From assembly GCF_006345805.1 (NCBI RefSeq), contig NC_043000.1:129208001-129272000 (forward strand): DNA of 64,000 nucleotides, in the 5' to 3' direction. The position numbers and the translations under genes were made by a program. This stretch comes from Octopus sinensis. Taxonomy: Eukaryota. Within the stretch, counting starts at the first letter, position 1. Every line of letters starts with the position of its first letter. The notes under the pieces are model-generated. The model was not told where the DNA came from and did no database searches. It was given only the letters and a program-made list of their open reading frames with translations. Below, piece after piece: positions 23,880-37,179 of this stretch.

Positions 23880-24544
23880 ACACACACACACACCACACAC
23901 ACACAAGCATTACCAAGGTGGTTTTAGGCTACCATTTCTGTTGTGGTGGTTGGGTCCTTTTGAGCACAGCAAAATACCAATTATCTCAATCCTTTGTCAT
24001 CTCCTCCATAAGATTCAACATCCTGAGATTGATCTTCAATACTTCATTCTGTGTCTTCCTGGGTCTTCTTCCTCCACAAGTTCTATCCACTTTAAGCAAT
24101 CAGCACTTCTCTATGCAACTGTTCTCACCCATATGCATCACATAACCAAACCATGACAATCTTCTCTCTTACATGCTGTATCTAATTACTCTTATCCCTA
24201 ACTTTTCTCTCAATACAGCAGCACTTTGTAGTATATGCCCACTGACATTGCACATCCAATGGAGCATACCAACTTCATTCCTCTCTAATATATATACATA
24301 TATGTGTGTGTGCATTTTTATGTTTGTATTTGACCCCCACCACCACTTGAGAACTGGTGCTAGTTTGCTTATGTTCCTATAACTTAGCTATTCAGCAAAA
24401 AAGACTGATAAAATAAGTGCCACCCTTAAAAAATAAGAGCTGAGGTTGATTTGTTAAAGTAAACCCTTTAAGGCAGTGCTCCAGCATGGCTGTAGTCCAA
24501 TGACTGAAACAAGTAAAAGATAAAAGATATATGTATGAACATAT

Positions 24545-24900
24545 AACATTGACGTAGCAGCCCTGTCTGAAACGTATTTCCGTGATGCAGAGCAACTTAC
24601 CAAAGATGGAAGTGAATATACATTGCTTTGGAAAGTGTAATAAATCAGGTGTAGGTTTTGTGATTAAAAAAAACAAAAACACAATTGCATCATCACTTAA
24701 AGAATATCCAAGTACTACAGCAGAAAGATTTATTTCTTGTTACCTAAAACTGGAGAATAACACATTTTTCACCATTGTTCTAGTCTGCACAGTTGATTAA
24801 AAAGACATTCTTAGTGTACTGACAATGAGCAGAACAGAATGCTGGACTGACCATAGACTTGTAAGGGCCAAGGTAGGCTTAGATTTGAAATCAAAATCTA
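24545..24900 (+). pseudogene. RTE-clade LINE AP-endonuclease fragment, internally deleted
   Basis: AALSET..QLT..GSEYT, GVGFVIKK..TAERFISCYLKLE and ECWTDHRLVRAKV motifs. Confidence 0.75.
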
Positions 24901-25137
24901 GGCGCAGGAGTGGCTGTGTGGTAAGTAGCTTGTTTACCAACCACATGGTTCTGGGTTCATTACCACTGTGTGGCACCTTGGGCAAGTGTCTTCTACTATA
25001 GCCTCGGGCTGACCAAAGCCTTGTGAGTGGATTTGGCAGATGGAAACTGAAAGAAGCCTGTCATATATATGTGTTCCGTTTTTTTGTGTCGTCTCTTTGT
25101 GTATTCACGTTCTTGCCCCTTTTTATATATAATTTTT

Positions 25138-25197
<60 letters not shown>

Positions 25198-25425
25198 TTG
25201 TGTGTGTATATGTTTGTGTGTCTGTGTTGTCCTCCCAACATCGCTTGACAACCAATGTTGGTGTATTTGTGTCCCCATAACTTAGTGGGTCGGCAAAAGA
25301 GACCGATAGAATAAGTACTAGGCTTCCAAAGAATAAGTCCTGGGGTTTTTTTGCTCGACTAAAGGTGGTACTCCAGCATGGCCACAGTCAAATGACTAAA
25401 ACAAGTAAAAGAGTAAAGAGTAATA
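24901..25425 (+). mobile_element. SINE A, full length
   Basis: Starts ggcgcaggagtggctgtgtgg and ends gtaaaagagtaaagag. Confidence 0.9.
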
Positions 25426-25699
25426 TTTACTTTTAACACTTCCTAAAAAAATCAAAAGTAATTTAACATCTTCTATTTCACTTGAAACTATGAAGATGCA
25501 GTAACATCATCCTTGGGGAGGAAGACTTCCATAATGATTTTAAACCCAAGGTCTATGAAGCAGCATCAACACCTATTAGTTTCAGAACATAGAGAGTTGC
25601 TGACTGGTTTGCAGAAAATAATGCAGCAATTTGAGCCTTCAAAAGAAACAGTAATTTCTTAGACAACTTCTTGCTCAATTTTCCAATGCCAATGGTTAA

Positions 25700-25921
25700 C
25701 CCAATTTAACCCAGATTACCCCTGTTGAAATTTTGAAGATAGTTATATAAATAGGGATAACAAACATATGGAAACATCCAGTTAACCTTTATTGCAATAA
25801 ATAAACCAGATACAATGGTTAAATAAATACAACAAGCACTATTTTGCATCCAGTTAACATTTATTGCAGTAAATAAACCAAATATAGCTGTCCTCAGACA
25901 AGGACAGTGGATTAATATGGG
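25700..25921. mobile_element. piggyBac-like MITE
   Basis: TTAA|CCCAATTTAACC...GGATTAATATGGG|TTAA, with an internal ~38-bp duplication. Confidence 0.55.
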
Positions 25922-26339
25922 TTAATGAAGAATATAAATCCTAAAATCTGTCATATAGAATAGTTTGAGAAAAATGAAAGATAATTAGTAGCTCAAAAAG
26001 ACAAGTGCTGTGCAAGCAGCAGCCAATGGGAAAGATTCTAAAGGGGTCATCTTTTATCCTTTATTTATTTCAGTCATTAGACTGTGGCCATGCTGGGGCA
26101 CCACCTTGAGTTTTTAGCCAAATGAATTGACCAGTACTTATTTTTTAAGCCTGATACTTATTCTATTAGTCTCTTTTGCTGAACTGCTAAGTTACAGGGA
26201 TGAAAGCACACCAACACCAGTTGTCAAGCAAGCTGTATATCTGTTTGTGTGTGTCTTTATGTCTGTGTTTGTTCCCCATCACCAACTGGTGTTGGTGTGT
26301 TTTCATTCCTGTGTTACCCTCTGCAAAAAATCCCAAATT

Positions 26340-26652
26340 TTATTTAATTTGCTCTGTGGGAAGGACTGTTTCAATGAAGTTGTGTCTTGTCCTTACCTTC
26401 GAAATGCAGAGTAGACGAAACAGGGACAACTGAAGAAGGGGAATGGGGAATATTCCTTTTGTTGTATATCTTGTACTCTGTTTTTTCGTTGTTGGCAAAT
26501 AAGTTGTTTCCATGTTTTTGTTTTTATGTTTTAGTTTCTCATTGTGTTCAACATTTTTTTGATGTCCTGTACCCATATATGCATGTATATATACATATAG
26601 ATGTACGTATGCACATATATGTATGTATATATGCATATATTTATATATTATT

Positions 26653-26695
<43 letters not shown>

Positions 26696-26905
26696 CGTAT
26701 AGGTACATACTTACATCTATATGTATATATATATATGCATATGTGGGAACAGGACATCACAAAACGTGTACAACAAAAACGTACGAAGCATGAATACAAT
26801 GAACATGAACTATTCTTTCGAATAATGAAAGACACAAATGGAAAACAAAATAAACAGCATAAACAACTACCCGTCATCAGTTGTAGGGTTTTTTTTCTTC
26901 TCTCG
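26340..26905. repeat. Inverted pair of a (TA)n-terminating repeat (family R)
   Basis: 26430-26580 and 26735-26890 are diverged inverted copies facing a microsatellite; both keep acaaCTGA(A/T)GA. Confidence 0.6.
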
Positions 26906-27224
26906 CATTTCAATCATTTAACATCAATATATGCTTTGATAAACCAGTTGCTCCTGCAAAGCAAATTACGTAAAATTTAGGATTTTGCAGGGGGTCAAAA
27001 TAGGTAACACAAATAGGACAGTGAAAACAAACAGAAAGGGCTGACACACACATATACACATATACATACACACACGCATGCACACACACACACACACACG
27101 AATGCACACCCATATAAACAGAGATAACTACATAAATACACACACAACCATGTATTAATGCAGAGTAGTTATAACTTGGCTGTTTAGTTGCATCAGACCC
27201 CTCTGTAGGGTCTACATTAGAAGA

Positions 27225-27560
27225 TGCTCTCTTTCCTATGCATTTTTCACCTTCAGCAATCTTTCATAATAGCACTTCCATGCCTCTTGCTTTTCAATGT
27301 CAGTGACAGTGAGTGTGCTGTTATCATTCCATATACTTTTCTCCCTGACATCTCCATATTATCTAGAACACTGTACAGCTATGCGGATCACCTTGTGCTT
27401 CTGGATCTCACATCATAGAACGTGTGCAGCTCTTCCTTTCTGCCTCTCCCCATGTGATACATATACCTGATGTTTGGCTTCCTTTCTAGCTGTTTGCATT
27501 TTCTCTATGCTGCCTTCTTTCTTCCATTCTTCCAAGCCTGTCTCTTCGCTATTATGTCAC
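27225..27560 (-). pseudogene. RTE-clade LINE fragment (EN-RT linker)
   Basis: KRQAWK..ARKEAKHQVY..VIRIAVQC..EKQEAWKCYYERLLKV. Confidence 0.6.
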
Positions 27561-28274
27561 TGTATAAAATACTGTTCAACCAGTATGTCACCTTGATTCT
27601 GACTAAGACATTGCACAAGCGCCCGCCACCGCAGACACACACATACAAATGAAAGATACCTACATGTATGGTCTAAGATCATACCATAAGTGTCAAACCA
27701 CACATCTTTCACTTGCTGGACAATCATGTTACTAACTATGCCAAGTGACATTTGAATACACTTCACATTGAAATAAATATTAACATCCTTTTACTGGATA
27801 AGCTTGACAATTCTAGTCTCTTCCCATGTGAAAATCGTAGACAATCTATCTGCTATGTAACCATCAGGAGATATGCTACAGCAATTAGCAGCAAACATAG
27901 GCCAATATCACACTAAAATTCTTTTGTATTATCACTTACAACAAATCCATAATATGAATACTAATAGGTTATAACATCACAGAGTAAGGGATATAAATTA
28001 TGTGTGCATGTGTACACACACATTTACATACACACACACACACATATATATATATAGGAAAATATTTTCCTGTATTTAACAGTATTCTCTGGTATCTTCA
28101 ACTTTCACATTGATCATGATATCTACAAATACACTGTGGGGAACTGGAATATGCAGATGTGCTTCATGAGGATACAGCTTGCATGTGTGTGTTTAAGATA
28201 AATATGTGTTTGCATATATGCATGAATGTATATATGTATGTGGGTTGTGTGTGTGTGTGTGTGTCTTTTACTCT

Positions 28275-28665
28275 TTTACTCTTTTACTTGTTTCAGTCAT
28301 TTCACTCTGGCCATGCTGCAGCACTGCCTTTAGTCGAGCAAATTTTTTGTAAGCCTAGTACTTATTCTATCAGTCTCTTTTACCAAACCGCTAAGTTACA
28401 GGCACGTAAACACACCAGCATCGGTTGTCAAGCGATGTTGGGGGGACAAACACAGACACACAAACATATACACACACGTACATATGTACATATATATACA
28501 TATATACAATGGGCTTCTTTCAGTTTCTGTCTACCAAATCTACTAACAAGGCTTTGGTCAGCCTGAAGCTATAGTGGAAGATACTTGCCCAAGGTGCCAC
28601 GCAGTGGGACTGAACCCAGAACCATGTGGTTGGTAAGCAAGCTACTTACCACACAGCCACTCCTA
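28275..28665 (-). mobile_element. SINE A
   Basis: Both halves present, with CpG decay. Confidence 0.85.
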
Positions 28666-29029
28666 TACATATATACTATTTATACAACATTATAAGTTTA
28701 GTCTTATAACATCCAATTCGGGTTACCGAATGGTTTCATATTGAAGAATCTGCAACTGTATAAAAGCAAATTAACATTAGACTTAGCTAAATATAAGAAT
28801 ATAGCTTAGGCTCTTAATTACCGTAATCTAGAGATCAAGCTACATCCCTCCATTTAACCGTGTTCAATGTTTGCTTATTTACTTTTACACACTTGGGAAG
28901 TTCTTCAACATGAAACCATTCACTATCAGGAATTGATTGATATGAGATTCAATTTATAATGTATTAACAATATACTCACTCTGTTATCTAATATATGAAT
29001 TCTCTGTATTTTTCTGACTTATGAAAAGT

Positions 29030-29211
29030 TAGGAGTGGCTGTGTGGTAAGTAGCTTGCATACCAGCCACATGGTTCTGGGTTCAGTCCCAGTGGCATCTT
29101 GGGCAAGTGTCTTCTAATATAGCCTCGGGCTGACCAAAGCCTTGTGAGTGGTTTTGGTAGATGGAAACTGAAAGAAGCTCGTCATATATATGTATATGTA
29201 TGTATATATAA

Positions 29212-29249
<38 letters not shown>

Positions 29250-31110
29250 ATAATAAATATTAGGAATAATCCAAATTTACAGGGAAAAATCAGATTAGGA
29301 TTGAATCCAATTTTTATAGTAAATATTATATAATATCAATTAGAGACAAAACCACTATTTTGCAAATTTTGTTTGATTTGTTTGATTTGGTTTGATTTGC
29401 AAAATAGTGGTTTTGTCTTAATTGATATTTATATATATTATATATATATATATAATATTATATCATCATCATCATATCATTTAACATCGCTTTCCATGCT
29501 AGCATGGCTTGGACGGTTCAACTGGGGTCTGGGGAGCCCGAAAGCTGCACCAGTCCAGTTCAGATCTGGCAGTGTTTCTACAGCTGGATGGCCTTCCTAA
29601 CGCCAACCCTCCGAGAGTGTAGTGGGTGATTTTATGTGCCACCGACACAGGTGCCAGACGAGGCTGGCAAACGGCCCAGAGGATGGTTGTTTTTGATGTG
29701 GCCACCGACAAGGTGCCAGCGAGGCTGGCAGACGGCCATGCTCGGATGGTGTTTTTATGTGCCACCGACACAGGGTCAGATGAGGCTGGCAAACGGACAC
29801 GATCGGATGGTGTTTGTTACGTGCCCACAGCACGGAGGCCAGTCGATGCGGTACTGGCTACGGCCACGTTCGGATGGTTTTCTTGTGTGCCACGTGCCAC
29901 CGGCACTGGTACCACAAGATACAAATTCCATGATGTTCATCTATTTTGATTTGTTTTGATTTTCACTTGCCTCACAGGTCTTCACAAGTGTCACAAGAAG
30001 GAAGGTATGCACAGGGGACTGACTACGTCCCAGGTAGGGGCCACAGGTTATGGCCTGACTAGTCTTGCCGGGTCTTCGGATGGTGTTTTTATGTGCACCC
30101 GACACAGGTGCCAGATGAGGCTGGCAAACGGCCACGATCGGATGGTGTTTGTTACGTGCCCACAGCACGGAGGCCAGTCGGTGCGGTACTGGCTACGGCC
30201 ACGTTCGGATGGTTTTCTGTGTGCCACACGGCACTGGTACCACAAGATACATTCCATTAATGTTCATCTATTTGATTGTTTTGATTTGATTTGATTTGAT
30301 TGTTTTGATTTCATTTTGATTTTCACTTGCCTCAACAGGCCTTCACAAGTATCAAGGAGGAAAGGTATGCACAGGTGGACTGACTACATCCCAGGTAGGG
30401 GCCATGGGATATGGCCTGACTAGTCTTGCCGGGTCTTCGATGGTGTTTTTATGTGCCACCGACACAGGTGCTAGATGAGGCTGGCGAACGGCCACGATCG
30501 GATGGTGTTTGTTATGTGCCCACAGCACGATGGCCAGTCGATGCGGTACTGACTACGGCCACGTTCGGATGGATTTCTTGTGTGCCACAGCACTGGTACC
30601 ACAAAGATACAAATTCCATTGATGTTCATCTATTTTGATTTGATTTGATTTTCACTTGCCTCAACAGGTCTTCACAAGTGTCACAAGAAGGAAGGTATGC
30701 ACAGGTGGACTGACTAGTCTTGCGGGTCTTCGGAAGGTTTGTTTTTATGTGCCACCGACACAGGTGCCAGATGAGGCTGGCGAACGGCCATGATCGGATG
30801 GTGTTTATACATATATATATTATATATAATATATATATATATAATATATATATATATGGTGTGTGTGTGGTGTGTGTGGCGTGTGTGTGTATATGTTTGT
30901 TGTGTCTGTGTTGTCACCCTCCAGCATCACTTGACAACCGATGCTGGTGTGTTTATGTCTCCATAACTTAGCGGTTCAGCAAAAGAAACCGATAGAATAA
31001 GTACTAGGCTTACAAAGCATAAGTCCTGGGGTCGATTTGCTAGACTAAAGGCGGTGCCCCAGCATGGCCACAGTCAAATGACTGAAACAAGTAAAAGAGT
31101 AAAGAGTAAA
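29030..31110 (+). mobile_element. SINE A expanded by nested insertions
   Basis: 5' half at 29030-29190 and 3' half at 30860-31110, with a family Q fold-back and a family C array between. Confidence 0.7.
29460..30830 (-). repeat. Higher-order tandem array of SINE family C
   Basis: ~65-bp subunits within larger units starting tttcacttgcctc at 29961, 30321 and 30650. Confidence 0.85.
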
Positions 31111-32181
31111 CATACATGTATGTGTGTGTGTGTGTGTGTGTGTGTTGTTATATTTAGGGATGGTCATATTCTTACCCTTTTCTTGCCAATTAACCATATG
31201 CAAAATACACTTGGTCTTCCCTTCAGCTTTATTATCATTCTTACTCTTGTGTCCTTTGTGTGAAATCTTTCATCACACATCCTGTGAACTCTTCTGGTGA
31301 CTCTCCATCCCACATATCTCCTCCTGCTCTGTTTTGCTCATTCTGTCTTTCTGTGGTGTATACCCTTATTTGCACATGTATTTGCCTCTGCATCGGTGTG
31401 TATATGTGTGGGTGTGTGTGTGTGCATGCATGCATGTGTGCACATGTCTATGTGTTTAGTATGTGTGCTGTGTGTGCATGTATATAGATTTGTTTACTAT
31501 GCTGTTTATACCCATGTCCTTTAGATGTTTTCTTAGCTTTTTTATTCAGTAATTATTTATTCTCATTCTGTCTTTAGTATGTGTATGTGTATCTTGTGTG
31601 TGTGTGTATGGATTTATTTATTATAGTGCTTATATCTGTGTCTCTTTTTCCTTCTCTCATTCTATCTAGAGTAATCATGTTATGTAGTCTAGTAGAAGGG
31701 AGGAGTATTATTAATCCATTCATGTTTTCTGTTGAGGCTTAGTCTGTCTATTACAATGTGTGTGGCCTCTGTAAACTGTTCAAGTTTCGTGTCTGTTCTA
31801 TACTCTTTTATTTGTTTCAGTCATTTGATTGCAGCCATGCTGGAGCACCACCTTTAGTTGAACACATCAACCCCAGGTCTTATTCTTTGTAAGCCTAGTA
31901 CTTATTTTGTCTGTCTCTTTTGCTGAACCACTAAGTTACAGGGATGCAAATACATCAACATTGGTTAAGTATACATATATATATATGTATAATATATATT
32001 TATATATATATATATATATATATAATATACATATATATATACACATGTGATGGTTTCTTTCTGTTTCTGTCTACCAATCGACTCACAGGCTTTGGTCAAC
32101 CCAAGGCTATAGTAGAAAACACTTGCCTAAGGAACCATGTGGTTGGTAAGCTAGCTACTTACCACACAGCCACTCCTGCAC

Positions 32182-32800
32182 CTGTTGATAATATTTTAAT
32201 GTCTATCCTATTAACCAAGCTTCTATGTTCTAACTGGGCATGTTGGTAGAGAACTGATAGGCTTTTCACCTCCTTGAGCTCCTGCCAGTGTCCACCTATC
32301 CACTCACCTATGCTATGTGCTGTCTCTCCAATGTATGTTGACCTGTTTCTTCACTGTTCCTCAGTACATCATATACTATAGACTACATTCCTAATCTTAC
32401 AATTTACTTGTGGATTCATCCTACATATTATACAGTTGTTATCCATACATGGGGTCCTTTCAGATAGATATATTCTATAGATCAGCTGTATCATGGGGGT
32501 CCCTGGCCTTTCTACTACTTTATTTTGTAGATTCATATTATATAAGGTTTTCCTAAAAAGATATGCTAGTTTATCACAAAGGGTAACATTACTAAGTTAA
32601 CCATATCTATCTTCTTTGTGGTCCTTTCTATGCTATTCCAGGATCTACTCCTGTATAGCAAGCAGATCCCATTTGCAGCATTCTCTCTGATAGCCGTGCA
32701 CTTAGCTCTGGCCTCTTTGTACATTCTGATCCTGTCCCTTTGGCTGTAGCCAGAAAACTGCATGTGATGAATGATATGTTTTGTGATTCTTTCTAATTGT
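32182..32800 (-). pseudogene. Penelope-like element ORF fragment: post-RT linker plus C-terminal GIY-YIG endonuclease
   Basis: MQFSGYSQRDR..LLYRSRSWNSIER, then KVVERPG..PCMDNNCIIC..NCKIRNVVYSI*CTEEQ*RNRSTYIGETAHSIGEWIGGH..LYQHAQLEH..DIKILS. Confidence 0.85.
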
Positions 32801-33870
32801 GTTAGGTTACACATGCAGGATAACATGTGCACACACACATCATCATCATCATTTAACATCCCTTGTCCATGCTGCCATGGGTTGGACGGTTTGACCAAGG
32901 CTAGTAAGCTGTGGGCTGCACCAGACACTAGTCTGATTTGGTATAGTTTCTATGGCTGGATACCCTTCCTAATACCGACCACTCCAAGAGTGTAATGGGT
33001 GCTTTTATGTGCCACCAACATGGGTGCTAGTTGCATGACACCAGTATCTGCCACAACTTCAATTTCACTTGGCTTGATGGGTCTTCCATTCAAGCACAGC
33101 ATATTGCCAGAAGCCTTGGTCATTTGTCATTGCTTCCCTGAGGCCCAATGCTCAAAAGGTGCTTGTTATATACCACTGGCATAGGTGCTAGCTGTGCAAC
33201 ACTGCTATCAGTCATTTTCATCATCTGCATTTTATGTATGCTTTCCATGCCAGCATGTTGTATTGGATGGGTTATCACAAACCCATTTACTTCATGAATA
33301 TGTACACAGAATTCTACACTTACTAATCTCTAGACCCTAGTAACAGTTGTCAAGTATTACCCATATTTTCCACACTGTTATTTGTGAGATTCATCAATGA
33401 ACTCTCTAGATATCTACCCATCCATGAAGAACCACTATGAAGGTCTACTCAGATTCTCTTCTCTCTCTTTCATCTATGATATTCAAGTATGAACTTTCAG
33501 GATATCTACTACAGATCAGGTATATCACTACTATGAACCTACACTTTCCTGATTTTCCTGTTTTACTGCTTAATTATATTTATACTTATTAAGAACTACC
33601 TGTCCAATACGCACACATAAATATATATGCAAATATATGGGTGTATATATATATATAATAATATATATATATAATATATTATTTATATATACATATATAT
33701 ATACATATATATTTACACCACGTGCACATACACACACATACATATTTAGGTAGATAAACAGATGTGTATGTATGTATGTATATATGTATTTATATATATG
33801 TATGCATGTATGTATTCCTATATGTATGCATGCATGTATGTATGTATGTATGTATGTATGTATGTATGTA

Positions 33871-34331
33871 CAGTAGCGGCCATAATATAAGGATCAGTAA
33901 GAACAAATGTATTGAAATATTTATTATTGCAGGATATCTCAGTAGCACTCTTAAACCTATCCTTCAGTGACATTCTAATCATTATACGCTCCTGTCTTGG
34001 TGAAGTTTTACAAGGTCTACCGGTTTGGGGTTTAGCATCAGTCAATCCTGATGACTTAAAACAGTCTACAATTTGTTGCACAACACTTCTAGACCTTCCT
34101 ACAGTAGTTGCTATCACAAAATTGGACTAGCCTCTCAGCGAAGGCACACAATCCTTTGTTCTTCATCACAGGACACCGGTCATTTCTCACAAGCCGCCAT
34201 GCTGACACGTGAATGTTCTAATAATGTAAGACCATAAGAAGTAACTGTTAGCCCATTAACAGTCTTCTAAACAATAAATACTTCGGTTAATAGTTCACTT
34301 TTTCTAAGTGGCCCATAACTTTTGGCCACTG
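33871..34331 (-). mobile_element. Deleted Tc1-like transposon
   Basis: TA|CAGTAGCGGCCATAA end; transposase N-terminus IATTVGRSRSVVQQIV..TGRPCKTSPRQERIMIR. A second, inverted terminal fragment lies at about 34449-34511. Confidence 0.75.
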
Positions 34332-34609
34332 CCATTTGGAAGATTATTTGTTTACTTCCTTACAACTTACAAAATATTTATTCGATCCACTTGAAATTTT
34401 CACGGAAGATAGATATTAGGTAAATCTAAATATGTGAAAAAATATCTAGTCTCTATAGTAACTATTTCAATAAACTCGTTCTTACTGACCTTTATTTTAT
34501 GGCTGCTACTGTATGTATGTATGCATGTATGTGTATATGTATGCATGCATGTGTGTATATATATATGCATATATATATATATGTGTGTATATATGTGTAT
34601 ACACATGTA

Positions 34610-34653
<44 letters not shown>

Positions 34654-34689
34654 CATGTATGCATCTGCCTTTTTATAATTTTTCCTTGC

Positions 34690-34722
<33 letters not shown>

Positions 34723-34740
34723 CATACATACATACATACA

Positions 34741-34774
<34 letters not shown>

Positions 34775-34778
34775 CACA

Positions 34779-36373
34779 CAGAGTATGGTGAATAAATTGT
34801 CATCTAAATTATGCAAAAATGAAAGTAACACTGATATCTCATTTTAAAACACATATTTACCAAAATTACATAAAAATATCATGAAATACATAATAATACA
34901 TTTATTCAATAAAATCGCCATTGGCTTCAACCACGGCCTCCAAATGACTTTGGAATCTCCTGTAACTCTTCCGGACAGTCTCCTTATTTAAGTTAATGAA
35001 TGCTGCCATAATTCCTGCCTCCACTTCATCTTTGGTGTTACAAGGAGTTTTGCTGGTCTCTCACTCAACTGCACCCCACACATAATAATCAAGAGTGTTA
35101 CAGTCTGGGGAGTTAGGTGGCCAGATGTTAGGGGGCGATGTGGTCACAGAAATTGTCTGATGGCCATGACTGGATTCTCCTGCTTGTGTAGTATGATGCA
35201 GAGTCCTGTAGCCGGACACAGGGTCTTCCAGCAGCCACCCTCTTGACCCAAGGAAGCATTGCCTCCTCCGGGCACTTGATGTAGGCCTCCATGTTGAGTC
35301 TGAGGCCATGTGGGAAGTTGAATGTAGGCATAACATCGCCATCACTAGTGATCATTCCAAACACCATGATGTTGACTGGATGTTTGATTTTTATCACTCT
35401 TGGTACATGTTTTCAAGTCACAGCAAGCTATCCGTTGTTCTGTGTGTCCACCATCTGATCCTGGCAGAAATGTTTCTTGTCTGAGAAAAATCAAAGCATG
35501 TTTGGTTGGAGTTTTTCCAAAAGCTTCATAGTACAACCTATCCTCTTGTCCTTGATGGCTTGGAATAAAAATTGGCCCTTTCTCCTCTTGTATGAGGAAT
35601 ACTAAATGTCTTCATGTATTGCCTGCCTGATAAGAAACTCAGACACTCCCATGACCCTGATGATGTACCTGATTGATTTGGAGAGATCATTGTCAATCAT
35701 GGTCTGAATCATCATCATCATTATCATCTTCATTTAACGTCCGTTTTCCGCGCTAGCACAGGTTGGACAGTTCGACCGGGGTCTGGGAAGCCAGGGGCTT
35801 CACCAGGTTCCAGTCTGATCTGGCAGTGTTTCTACAGCTGGATGCCCTTCCTAACGCCAACCACTCCGCGAGTGTAGTGGGTGCTTTTTACGTGCCACCT
35901 GCACAGGTGCCAGGGGAGTCCGGCATCGGCCACGATCAGTTGGTCTTTTAACGTGCCACCCGCACGGAAGCCAGCCAAGGCGGCGCTGGCATCGGCCACG
36001 TTCGGATGGTGCTTTTTACATGTCACCGGCACTGAAGCCAGTCGAGGTGGCGCTGGCATCGGCCTCTTATAAGAACAATCAAAGTTAGTTTTCTGAGCTG
36101 CCATACCTTCATAATCACCATTAGACTCATCCATCTCTTTTCAAATCCTCTGCACTGTCCTCTGATTGACACCCAAACAATCTGAGATGTTCGTATTGGA
36201 GCTCTTGGTGCGACTATAAAGTAGTACAGCATGTCATTTCCAAATTTCTGGCAGAGTGAATTGCATCATGGTGCTGTCTTTCTCACATATGATGCCCAAC
36301 TGACCCTACTATGCTACGTAGTCAACAAACAATGCATATGCATGAAAATAAAAATATAAAATGGTGACGCACC

Positions 36374-36376
<3 letters not shown>
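34779..36376 (-). mobile_element. DD37D (maT-like) transposon relic interrupted by SINE C
   Basis: Same family as 8579. FSDK..., QDSA..., SPDCNTLDY catalytic motifs; 37 residues between the second and third D once one extra C is removed. Confidence 0.88.
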
Positions 36377-36411
<35 letters not shown>

Positions 36412-36544
36412 ATATGTTTATGTATGTATATATATATATGTATATATCTATATCTATATCTATATATATGTATGTATATGTTAATATTATAATATCAATA
36501 TAATGTATGTATATATATTATAATATGTTATATATATATATATG

Positions 36545-36626
<82 letters not shown>

Positions 36627-36681
36627 CTCATGCATGCATCTATGTATATATATATGAATATATATGTTAGTATATATATAG

Positions 36682-36713
<32 letters not shown>

Positions 36714-36723
36714 AATACCCACA

Positions 36724-36770
<47 letters not shown>

Positions 36771-37179
36771 ACACACATATATATATATATACACATACAT
36801 ACATAATTTTATAGATATCAATATGTATATACATATGTGTCTGTGTCTCTCTGCCTCTATGTGTGTGTGTACATATGTATTCTGTCTAGTTATTACCTAA
36901 TATCACTGGCACTGTTGCCATAGTTCTTGTCATAATTGTCATCAACTCCACTCACACAAGAATAGCTTCAACTGTTACTGGAGTGCCAGCATCCTCCTCT
37001 GCCACTTCTGTCTCTTTTCTCTTGTCTTTTAGGTTTTGTTCATAGATATGAAAACTCATGTCTCCTTCAGTGTCGTCCAAACAGTATCTGGATGTAATAT
37101 GTATGTGTGTGAGTATTTTTTGATAAAAATGTCACAGTTCCCATCCAGTTCACTGCCTTGTAATATGAACAGCCGTATG

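Noticed and set aside
26340-26460. Family R half-cores (CTGAAGA/CTGATGA, upstream GAAA, ctgtttc/gaaacag stem)
   Set aside because: Could not be assembled into any hammerhead topology with a UH site.
29655-29685. CAGA(C/T)GA-ggctggc-(G/A)AAC in family C subunits as a hammerhead
   Set aside because: Two or more core mismatches; explained by a simple gccag/ctggc hairpin.
29700-30830. CRISPR-like array
   Set aside because: Eukaryotic context; the spacers are themselves repeated; no cas genes.
32335-32370. CTGAGGA..GAAACAGGTC inside the GIY-YIG coding strand
   Set aside because: No stem II and a mismatched stem I; probably coincidence within coding sequence.
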